Assembly (NCBI GenBank): GCA_038496445.1 | Contig: JALMLS010000216.1 | Span: forward strand, 310,001-374,000 | Length of the DNA: 64,000 bases | Direction: 5' to 3' | DNA from: Trichosphaerium sp. ATCC 40318 | Lineage: Eukaryota; Protista; Tubulinea | Part shown: positions 25,423-37,769 of the stretch, piece by piece | Layout: the number at the start of each line of letters is the position of its first letter | How positions within the stretch are numbered: the first letter of the stretch is position 1 | Position numbers and translations under genes: made by a program | The notes under the pieces: generated by a model | What the model was told of the DNA's origin: nothing | What the model saw: the letters and a program-made list of their open reading frames with translations, nothing else | Databases searched by the model: none

Positions 25423-25825
25423 ACTTATTGGGTGCTGTTGAACATGATTTATCAGCCTAGTAATTAAATTTATTGTGGTTTTTTTTTTTTTCCTGTGCTA
25501 TCGTACGGAAAATCACTTTACAACGATTATACGTACTATTATGGGTTACAAATGCGTTTCAGTTAAGAACAAGTGGATAATGACTCTATTTCTTTTTTAA
25601 AACACACGCTCAATGTCTCGTACGCGTCAATATCATGAAACAGAACATTGAGTGATTTTGTACAAGTATCCGCTTTTACATCACACCAAATTTTGGTATA
25701 CACGATCTCGCTTCTCCTGTACGCTTTTTTTCAGTGTAAATGAGGTTCTAGATACGAAAAAAGCAAAGCAGAAGACGCTCCAAATTTAAATTTGAAGTCA
25801 AAAATAGCTGTTTACGAAAAAAAAC

Positions 25826-26110
25826 CAATAGGTCGACTTCTACTTAACCGTTTCCGCCTCTGTATGGGCTTTACATGCGTAGAAGAGCCAATTTCGACTA
25901 TTTGTATGCGTTTCAGGAGCGTTGTGAGCGAGAGGCAAAAAAGCCGAAACGTGCGAGTTTTCTTTGTAAACACGCCAAAAAATGACAACAAACGCTGAAA
26001 ACTTACTGGTTTTCTTTGTAAAACAGCGGTCTAAATGACAGGAAACTCGCACAATTTTCGGCTTTTTTGCCACAAAGCGGAAATGTTTAAGTGGATGCCG
26101 ACCTGATTTG
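25826..26110. repeat. Imperfect nested inverted repeat (foldback element)
   Basis: 25934-25963 pairs with 26040-26071, and 25826-25863 pairs with 26072-26110. Confidence 0.7.
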
Positions 26111-26445
26111 TTGATTAACAGATACGGTCAAAAGCGTGCTGTGTAACAAGTGTCAAGACAGAGGACTTGACCTTAAATAGCGCTATTGCAATTTTATGAG
26201 GTTTCGCGAAATATTGAAATAACTTATTGCTGTACCAATTAGAGAAGGACGAAATCGGTTGATCGAATTCGAAGATCAAAAAACGGTTAATGAACCACAA
26301 ATTCTAATGTACCTCTGGCAGACAACGTGAGTGTTTTCAATTCATGACATGTAGCTAATCAAAATGCTTATTAAATCACATAGCATAACATTATGGTTTC
26401 GAGGTTTAAGTTGCTTTTGTTTTATTATTACTATCATTACTATAC

Positions 26446-27202
<757 letters not shown>

Positions 27203-27562
27203 CAGCTGTTGTACAAGCAATACAATTCGCTGAAAGTCAAAGAATTTACTTGCTGAGATTAGAAGGGAACGTTCGATGAATTCTTTGCAACTGAAAACAT
27301 CTGAGCTTTTTCGTCTCAGACAATCAAAAGACCTTACGGACAATTCTTGTATTCATATGTACAACATAGTTTCTGACAGTGGAAGGAAAGCAAGCAAAAA
27401 ACAACGAAAAATCTGTATAGAATGGAAGTTGTTAACAACTGATTTTATAACCACGTGCTCATTTGTAGTCTTAGCAGGCAAAATATTTGCTACTATTTGG
27501 ATTTATTGGCGAATGTTCTTTGACACACAGCAAGTATTGAGTTTTACAAGAGTCTGTAGTTA

Positions 27563-28606
27563 TCATTTTTCGCAAGCATTGACACAACACTTTTCAGCCA
27601 CTGCTTCAAATTCTACACCATACAAGTACAAAGGTAACTCGCTATATGGTTTGAACCCAAGTTTCGAATAGATATTAACAGCTTTTGGATCAGCACATAA
27701 GGTCATTGATGTACATCCCGCTTTACTCGCCAACCTGACTGCATGTCTAAGCAGTGCTGATGAGTACCCTTTTTTCCTATGTTTCTACAAACAATCAAGT
27801 CAAAAAAAGTGGTGATTTTCTGTTATTACGTACAGCCAACGTTGAGACATTGTAAAGATAACTTGATCCATCTGAAGTGTAGATCATCGTTAATGCAGTG
27901 ACAGGGTCTTTGTGGCCTGATGGAGATCCGAGTAAGTGTACACACTTCTTGTCTTTTCCAACATCTATGTTTACTTGTTTCCAAGTTGATTGTGCTATTT
28001 TTGGAATATCGAAGGCTTCACTTGTTATGTCGTTGAAGAAAGTGTGATCATTTTCAGATGTCGCTGTAGATATATCCAATAGTTCAGGATGTTCTTCCTT
28101 TGAAAGAGCAGGGCTCTCAGATATTTTCAACAACATTCCTGAAGCAAGAACAATTAGACAAAACCACGTGCTTTTTCGAATAAATAAGCCGTACCGACGT
28201 TAACACCTACAAAATTCCATCCGCACTTTGTCAGGATCTCCCTGAAAGATGGAGTATCTAATAAACCCGTATACATACTAAATGGTACACCAGATTCCTT
28301 TACAATCGCTGTAATTTTCTAGTCGAAAAAAAGTTTATCAAAAAACGGATCTCTAAGAATACAACTTAAACTCTACTTACCTCAGCTACATCCTTTGTAT
28401 TATCGCTAAGATCATATACGCAATTTAAAAGGAAATAAGGCACCTCACATCGAATTATCTTCGAAAAATCGTTCTACAACGTGTTGTAAGCTTTGCTTGT
28501 TTAGTAGGTGTCTATTATGTACTTTGATGTGCTCTATTTTATCACAACATTTCCAGTTGTCGATAGAAACTAAAGCGTTCTTGAGGATAAGCTTGTCTTC
28601 GCTCAT
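27563..28606 (-). CDS. GNAT-family N-acetyltransferase
   Basis: YLYNVSTL...HRKKGYSSALL...MTLCADPKAVNIYSKLGF (GNAT motifs A and B). Confidence 0.85.
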
Positions 28607-29152
28607 TGTTTTTTAAACTTTGATGTAAAAACAGTTCTTAAATGTTCAACAATTCACTGATTTATTAAACCTCTTTATCCATTTATTCTCAAAATTGTTC
28701 GGATCAAAGAGAACTAGTTTACATCTACTATACCAATAAGAATCGCCACAAGTGCTCTTTTAAATAAGAAAAAAACCGGGTTTGGAATGCATGTTTATGC
28801 CGAATTATTTGAATGCTCGGCATAATTATTTACCCTTTGCAAGTCGTTCTTATCCTTGGAAAACGATAACAGGGTATCTACGAGAACTTTCAAGGACTGT
28901 CCTGTGTCCTCAGTGTTGTAAGATTTCCACGGAAATATGTGATAATATTTCGATTAAATTTCTTTATTTTTCTTCCTCGTTCTATTACCACTTTACAGGT
29001 TTGATATCTGTTCTTTCCACTTTGTGTTGTTCTATCCTGGATTCTATGCCTTGATTCGGTATTGTTAGACGTATTTGAACTTAGGGACTATTGTGTGCTC
29101 GATTGTTTCAGTTTGTCAAAATCTTATGTTATGCGCTAGCTTCATATCATTT

Positions 29153-32100
29153 CTAGCTCAGGCGCTTGTTGAAAACTTCACAAATCTCCTCAAAAGAAGG
29201 TCTACCACTCGGATCAAATGACCAGCACTTTGTTATAAGTGCTACTAGCCATACAGGTGCATCATGTTTGATTATTGGATGTACACCCTAGGAGGTAAAA
29301 CTGTAAGAAAAAAAAAAGAGAAAAAGCCATAAGGGAAAAAATGGTAATCTACTTACTCGATCCCGTATACTTTCACCAAGTGTTAAAAAGTCTGAACAAT
29401 CTTCATGAGGTTCTTCTCGAACCTATAGGCGTTATTAGGAGGACAAAAACCAATTGGTCAACTAAACTATAAACTAAAGCAAACCGTCTCTTACTATGCA
29501 TTCATAGCACACACAACCAAACATCCATGCATCTGATGCATTTGAATAAATACGTCCAGATCCAATACTCTCAGGAGCCATCCACCTAAATTAACATGAG
29601 TACAAGTATTAAAAAAAGAAGCACAGAACATGACAGTTTTAAGAAATTGTTTTTCTTTGTGTTGTTCGCTTTACATCTTACGTACCTTATTGGACCTGTT
29701 AGTGATTTCGTTTTACCCTTACCACCAGGTTGTAAATTCCTAGATAGGCCAAAGTCCGAAATCTTTGGAACTCCGCCTTCTGTCAACAAAATGTTGCCTA
29801 TAAATTGTTTGTGAATTTAATGACTTCATTGTAGTTTCACGTACGTGCTGCTAAATCTCTGTGTACGAAACCTTCTTTATGTATATGTAGTACACCGCGA
29901 GATATACCCAAAAGTAAATTAAGTCTATATTCCATTGTCATGCTTACTGACAAATCAAACAAATGCCTGTCAAGGCTACCTCCAGAAAGGTACCTAAAAA
30001 AATGCATAAGCAACACGGATTTAAGCACTAAGATAACTAAAACGTACCCCATAACAATGCCTCTATGTTTGCCGTCCAATATAACACCATATAATTGTGT
30101 AACATGCTTATGACCACGCATTACGCTCATAACTTGAACTTCATCAAGAAACGTAGAGTAACTATCAGTGGCAATATTAATACCCATCTTTACGGCAACA
30201 TTGATTGCTCTCCATTCTCTAAATAAACGAATGAGTACCCCTTTAATCTATATGATAAAAACACACTTACGCTCTGTATACAATACCATAGTTACCAGCA
30301 CCAATGACTTCTTTAAGTTTGATTTCTGACATTGGAAGCATTATTTTATTTAGTGTTTTGTCACTAATATGCTTTTCCCTATCCGGTTTAATACGGTTTT
30401 TATCATCGCCATCATCAGATACTATACGCGGAGAATATCTAGTGGCTGTATCACCACCTGAAAAAGAACATCAGTAATGAAAACAACAACAATTTCTAAT
30501 AATAATTTTGTGTTGTCGCTCGAGTACCTCGTATGTCAGGACACTCTAATACTTTTTTCCTTGCAGCATAAATAGCTACAATAAATATGATGATGATCAA
30601 AATCAAAACAGCAGCGACAGAAGCAGATATGATAATGATTGTTGTATCGCCTAAAATCAGTTAATACGGAATGAATAAAGATTAGATTGTACCTTCTGAC
30701 GCTTTATTATTTTTGTCCTTAATAACAGAAGATGTAGGTTCATTCGTAGGTAGCGTCATTACTAAGCATGGTTAGAGAATCATGGGTCAAGGTTCAAAAA
30801 CAAACATACAATTCCATATTTCTATAAAACTATCTAGTAGAGCTGTAGATATCGATGATGAAGAAAGCTTTACTGTAAAAGCAAAGGCCACATGCGTATC
30901 ATTTAATACACAAGGACTTACAAAAGCTAGTAAGAAAGGATTGTTAGTTATAATCTTCTCATGCTATCTATAGCCTTACCTCCTCTGTTAAAAAGTTTGT
31001 CCACATCTTCTACTACATCCAGAAATCCTGTTAGCGCTCCTTGTGAATCAAATAGCACAATTCTAGGTGCAAAAGAACGAGATACAGGGGCAAGAGTGTT
31101 GACAAAGTCGAATACAAGACCAAATCTGTTTGACGCTTGAACGAAATGTTGACCTTTTGACGAACATGTTAGAAAGTAACAACCTGAAGATGGTATAGTA
31201 CCGTAACCTAGAACAGTAAAGTCTGGTCTACCAAGTTCTGGTACATTTGTAGAAGATATAACAGTTAAGCTTTGAGATGCTATAACGAATACATCTGCAC
31301 TATTAGTTGTTGTATCACCATTATCGACAGAAACGGTCAATGCTATAATTAAGAATATAATAAGAAAAAAGAAACGAACGAAAACGCCCCGCACTAAAAA
31401 TTCTCCCACAAAGTTTCGTGTTTTTTGAAAATATTAGAATACTCCACATGCGTTGTATTTGAGTTCAAAAAAATCAGTTTGGCGTACACATTATCAATCT
31501 ACCGTCATTGAGAGAGAAGAAATGGGAGATATCGGAATTTATAGTATTAATTCCAGGTAGTATTGTGGGCGGCTGTATAACGTTCAAGTTCTTATCATAG
31601 CTCTCTATAAACACTGTATCATTACCAAATACCTTCCACACAACGGCAAGTGAATCAATACCAAACTTTGCCATCTTAACAGAAGTATACTGTCTCCCAT
31701 CAGGAATCGTTACTTGTGAATTAAATTGTGTCCCAGTATGACTTGTTATAACAGCAGTACTACCACTTGTACCGTTGATACTATTTATAGTATAAATAGT
31801 GGAATCATTGCTTTGGTCATCAATAAGGACATAATCAAAGGTTTGTAGCACTTGACGTAAGTCTACTTCAGACCTACAAACAATTTTTAGTATTTCAACG
31901 AAAATATGCGTTTCTGCCGTTAAAGAACGTACACTGTGTATGCGAAACCAGTTACTATATTAGATATTATATTCCAGTCGCCACCAATGGTTAGTGAAGC
32001 GACTGTTAGATGGATAGGTGTAGCAAAATTAAATCCAGTAAAGTAAACGACTAGAATCGTTGTATCGTTCACAAAACGAGCGTGTTGAATCAAATAAGGT

Positions 32101-32618
32101 TCTAAGCCAATACTAGAAGATGATGGGCACCTACACCAACAGTATAAGTACAAAATAGAGCATCCAAAAACGGGATAATCGAAAATAATGTTTTAGTTTG
32201 TATCTCTTAACAAATCATTTCTTTTCGGCGTACCATCGTTCTTCTTCGTTAAACGCTGAATTATCGTTGTTAGGGCATTCATTGCTTATTTTTTTGTTTA
32301 ATTGCAAGCAATTCTCAGTGAAACTGCCGTTACGGCTTGCATACAATATATGAAGCGCGCCTTGTGAGTTATGAAGAATAGTGGGTGTAAAGCTCGTCCC
32401 AAACCCGCGATCTTTGATAATAGTTAGAACTTGTTGTATTGTGACGAAATACGCGTAATTTAAGAATAACAACCGAGTTTGGAGAAGACTTTAGCTAAAA
32501 CAGTTCAAATCGTACCTTCTGAAAAATCTTCTACGTTTACTTGGCATTTCACCTCTAGTTGTGCCCTTGCAAGTACAAATAGTGATACAAGCAAAAGAAT
32601 ACCACCAATATTCATCAT
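29153..32618 (-). CDS. Single-pass receptor tyrosine kinase
   Basis: Signal peptide MMNIGGILLLVSLFVLA; long ectodomain; TM segment IIIISASVAAVLILIIIIFIVAIYAA; IGAGNYG, VAVK, FVHRDLAARN, KISDFGLSR and GPIRWMAPE motifs. Confidence 0.9.
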
Positions 32619-33129
32619 ATAGCGTTTTTCTTTACTCAACAGCTTTGCTTGCAACTATTGTCTGCTATCTACAATTGTTTACTAACAGTGACTTAGTTTG
32701 TCATATTTAACCGGGTAAACTGCCAGCAGGAATTGACCCTACGAACATTAAGTGCATTGTAACATTAAGCAAATGTTTAATTCATTGATAGCATCCATTG
32801 TATCAAATATGAGGCATGGAAATTATTTAGGTTATGAGCAATGACGAACTGAAAAATTGGTTGGCGAAAAGTTTTAGGTCTCCTTACGCTTAGGTTGTAT
32901 GGTGTAACTGTTTAGAAATGAACTGTTCAAAAAAGATGCAGAAAAGCAGAGTTGCAGCTAAGAGGTATCTTAACCACATGTTTAGTAGGTACCGCAACTT
33001 AACTTAGCTACAGACTTGTACTAGTACAAAGTTGATTTGAAGCACCTTTGAATTCTGGCCAGGTATACGTGCTTCAAATTCGAAAACAGACGGGTATTAA
33101 ATGTATGTGTTTTTAATTTGAAGTAGTCA

Positions 33130-35720
33130 CTATCCCCACATTGTTCTTCCAGGGAGATCATCGTCTTCATCACTTGACAGAGTATCATCTCTTTCATCAT
33201 TTTTTGGATTGCTTTCTTTGGTAGAAGGTGCTTTGGATGCACTCTTTTTAGTATCACTTGACTTAGAAGGCTTTTGTTGTGATTTGGCAGGACGCTTTGG
33301 CTTAGGTTTTGCCTCCATGTAAACAAGGTATTTTGGTAGCACTTGTGCATCTGGGTGAATGTGTTAGTGGAACTACTGGTTCAAGCAATGTGCTTATCAG
33401 TACCTTGGCTAACAACAATCTCATCAAAAGATGTTTTAGCGTTTGGGCGAGCAATCACTCCTTTACTGTTGACACGCACATAATGTGATTGATATCCAGG
33501 GAAAATAGGTTTACCCATTAATGAGTTATTTTTATCAAATGCATTTTCAACTACCGGGTAAGCGTTTCCTTTTGTACGTAAGATCTCACTGTAGCAGTTG
33601 ACTTTGATACTTACCTGTAAGCACATAGCATATAACAATAGCCTTAACTTTCTCTGTAGAATACTTCATCCCATACTTTAGTGATGTAGTAAAGTATATA
33701 CCTTGTCCATACCTTAGAGTATTTTAAGTACATGCACCATATCACGTGATAGGTACCATCCAGGATCTGTTGAAGCGACAACACTGAATCCTCCAGAACA
33801 TAAATCATTTACGACACTTTGATTGGTCACATGAACAGCTGGAATAATACCAACAGTTCCTCCTCTACACGTGTACCCAAAAGAGTCGAGACTTTCTTTG
33901 TACTTCGAATAAACCTGTTCTCTTTCTTTTCTCTGTAAGCTTTTTTTCCAATCATCCTTGTTGAATATCTTTGCGGCGTTCCTAGACTAGCAGTTAGGAA
34001 AGTGTTTTATAAACAACAATGCTTGGTTGTACATATGGCGTGCTTTAAATGTTTGAATAGAATCTTCAAACCTCGATTGCAACGAGTCATTTTGTACTGC
34101 ATACACCGCTACATAAAATTCAGTGAGTTACATGCAATGTCTTGTGTACCTTTTATATCAGCGCAATCTCCTTGTAGGCGATTATTAAGCAGGTAATACA
34201 CGTGTTGTAGTTCTTTTTCAATCCATGGGTACCCTCTAAGCTTTGGATCGGAGAGCCACAGCCTTCTATAATGCATAGACGAGCTTTCAATGTTCTGCAA
34301 AAATATAAGGTACACTATTTACTCATTTCTATTGATGACGAACCGCAAAATGAAATCTATTCCAAAAAGGAGCTAAAAAAACTCGAGGTGGGAACAAGTA
34401 AGGATACTTTGGTTTTAAGGCTTAAGAAGTTGTCAATATTGCTACAATTAAACAGTTGTGGCTACCATCTTTATAGCTTAACCCCATCAAGATGGCTTCT
34501 ACGTGAAGAGGAGTAAGACCCCATTTTGATAGAACGTCATTAACTGTCATCTTTTTGACTGTATCAGGTGGATAAAAATACCAAACAAAGAACTTGAGTT
34601 TCTCAAAGTTCTGTTGTTCCAGAAACTACATAAACACAATTTAAAACCAAAAACCAACATACTATTTTGTTACCGATTTGTTGATAGTATTGATATCTAG
34701 TGTGCCCCCATATTTCATCAACTCAGCAGCCATGAACTGTTTGCCCTCTTTCTAACGAACAATGAATTACAGAAATAAGGTGTGGGTTTGGTACCAAACA
34801 AATTTCAACCAAGTTTTCGTCAATCTTTGCACGTGCACGTAGGAGCACCTTTAGACTCCTAAAGATACGTCATCTTGTGATCTACAATATCATAATAGCA
34901 ATTGACTGACATACTCTAAATTACCACTATTAATTGCACAATGCACCAATGAGAGTCCTTTTTTGGTTTTGATAGTTATATCGAAACCATTCTTAGAAAA
35001 AGTTAACGATTTACTTTTTGTTGTATTTACCTTTATCATTAAACCAAGCATATCCACATTACCCATTTTTATGGCCTTAATAGCACATCATTTCAAACAA
35101 TGCAACAATAATTTAGCGTACATGCTCAAATATACTCGGTAGGTCCTGTCTCCGTGGTTTTACACCGCCCTTCAGCAGAATTTGAACACAATTATAGCTT
35201 CCTGCAAAAAAAGCATCGCTAAGGGCTGAGTCACCGCCTTTACTGTAATAGAATGTTAGCGGTAATAGGCAACAAAGATGTACACGTGACATACTCAACA
35301 AAATTTGGGTTTGCACCCTTTGATAACAGGTATGACACAATCTCCGGATGTCGTTTTGCGGCTGCAGCGTGTATGGCAACAACAGCAACCTATTGTTGAT
35401 TGTCACGTGATTATTGTAAATGATAGTTACGTACGCCTCCACCAGCATTAACATTCGCACCTGCTTCACAAAGAATTTTAACTACTTCAAGATGCCCGTA
35501 GTAAGAAGCTATGGAAAGCGGTGTGCTATATTCTAGCAAAGCGTCGTTAATCGCCAGATCTACATTTTGGTGAGCCAATTTTCTTACAAGGGCTGCGTTG
35601 CCCGCTTTTGCTGCCGTCCTATAACGGCTTTTAGCTAATTAAGATATTTTCTCGATAACAGCCACACCATAACGCTGTTGGTTGTTTAGATACACGTAGC
35701 TTGGGAGCACGTGTTGCCAT
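33130..35720 (-). CDS. Ankyrin-repeat + PARP-like ADP-ribosyltransferase domain protein
   Basis: Ankyrin motifs TPLSIASYYGHLEVVKFL and GLSLVHCAINSG; catalytic segments AVHVT, WYGQGIYFT and DEIVVSQDAQVLPKYLVY. Confidence 0.82.
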
Positions 35721-36249
35721 CGCGGAGCTGTCTGATGCACATTATACAGTCAACTTATGTACGCTTATTTCTTCAAAATTCGCCCAATATGAAACAAATG
35801 TTAAAGTGTAAGGACAACGCTCTGGTTTACTTTGTTTTCTCCAGCCCTTGAATTCAAAGAAACACTGAAGTTAATCTGACTGGCTAGTTGTTGTCAACTA
35901 TGAAAGCGTTCAGTGTTGCTAAGCTATTGAAACGCTGTTGATAAATATTCTGTAGCAATGTAGTAACAAATAAGGTTTGGTTCAAGCTGCAATCTTTGAA
36001 TGTATTTACTAACAAGGAGAAAATTATTTAATTAGATTATTACTGAGTTACAATGCACCTGATGTTTTAACACAGTGTCCTAAGAACACCCTGGTAGTAC
36101 ATTGAACAAAAGTGCAATAAAAATGGGCCCTGGAACATGGCTGGATAAATTGCATCGGACAGTAAAGTCACAAAATGATGAGACTTGCAAAAAAATGAAC
36201 TAGATACCAGGTTCACTGTCAAAATACCATCGGCCGAGCAGTTAGACCG

Positions 36250-37659
36250 TCAAATACTGATTGTGGCTATATATTCAATCAAAGCAGAAGCTTCTTCAAC
36301 ATGCTTGGAAGCTCCATCCACAGCCAATTGAATTCTTCAAAAAAAGAAAAAAAAGTAAATATTGTAAGAAGACATAAGGAACATTAGCGTACATTTCTTT
36401 TTCGAGCTGAGCACCAATTTTAACAAAACCTCCTTTGTTGTTACACCTCCCGGAATAATTAGAAGCAGTAAAAACAGTCAGCACTCGATTGTCATGAGTG
36501 TATTTGAATCCCTTAAATAGCTAGTTAAACAAGAATAAAAAGTTGTTTTGGTGCCTCTGCAGCAAGTTGATGAGATCTGATTATCATGTCAATACCGTTG
36601 GTATCACAGAAATTCTTGGTTGCTGTAATTCCCCACTGATACCCTTTTCCGCCTAAAGTCATTGAAAACCCGTCAGCTTCAGGATCTGGATCACTCCAGA
36701 GTATGTCTATAAAAAAATTTGTTAGAAATTTCAAAAAGAATAAAATAATGCAAGTGGACACTGTACCAGTCATTGGTCCCTTTTCAGGAATTTCATATCC
36801 ACGAGGCATATCAGTAATCTGCTTCAATGTGCTAATATCAGGTGATAATCCACCATGAACCACAAACGTCTAAAAAAGCTATTACTCTAATATCAGTGCA
36901 TCATACTCATTGTACCTTGTTGTTTATCAGTGCAGCAAGCGGTAAATTGTCAAATACGGTGCAACAAGTTTCATGTAATTCATCGCATGCTTTATCGTAG
37001 GCAGAGCAGAGGTCATCCTTGAATCCGTACCTAACGGTAGCACATCAGAAAAATAATAGAATATTGCAACCACAACATACAATTCTGATATCTTCCGGCT
37101 TTCGTGGTTGCCACGAAGAAGGTACACGTTAGATGGAAATAGGAGCTTCAAAAGAAAGATCATCTGAATGCAAGGTATTGACTTGTCTCCTCTACAAATC
37201 AGTAAGTCAATAAGTTTTAATTTAGTCACGAAAAGGGTCGTGCCTATCAACTATGTCGCCCATGAACAAGTATTTAGTTTTGGATGGTGAGCCACCAATG
37301 CGAAGCACTTCTAAGAGAACCGGAGTGAGAAACAACGGAGAACTGAAAAGCCTGAACATCAATTTAAGAAACTTGCGAAAGAAAACGGCGTTTGTACCTT
37401 TCATGTCATTAAACTCCCCATGAATATCCCCCACGGCAATTATTGGGGCAGTTAGTTGAAGTAGAGAAGGTTCGGCAGCAAATTTCGCTGAAACCTTAAC
37501 ATCGATTATTAGAGCTTATTTTTCCATTCGTACCGCGTTGCAAACTTGTTTGAAACTATTTTTATCGAGAGTTTCTTCTTTGTTTACTTTGCTTAACCAC
37601 GTTTTGAGCGTATCAGCAGGTATTGTCACTGGCTCTTGAGAATTAGGATTTGCTTCCAT
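36250..37659 (-). CDS. PPP-family Ser/Thr protein phosphatase (divergent PP2A/PP1-like)
   Basis: GDIHG, GDIVDRG, LRGNHE, VHGGLSP, DILWSDP, IIRSHQL and TVFTASNY motifs. Confidence 0.93.
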
Positions 37660-37769
37660 AGTTGTGTTGTACAACGGTGTTTTGTTACTTTATTTAGCTG
37701 AAAAAGTGTTTGACACCCAAAAAGCTTTAGTCCCAAAAACCGAAACTAACAACCAACATGCCATTCACA

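Larger units (their letters stand above)
25048..25476. repeat. Right arm of 429-bp inverted repeat
   Basis: Reverse complement of 23218-23646. Confidence 0.95.

Noticed and set aside
25826-26110. SRP (7SL) RNA as the identity of the foldback
   Set aside because: The size and rod shape fit, but I could not find the helix 8 SRP54-binding motif or an Alu domain on either strand.
34358-34407. GTATCCTTA on the minus strand in the ankyrin-PARP gene as a U12 donor
   Set aside because: The frame reads through as KPKYPYLFPP and an ordinary intron follows, so it is coding sequence.
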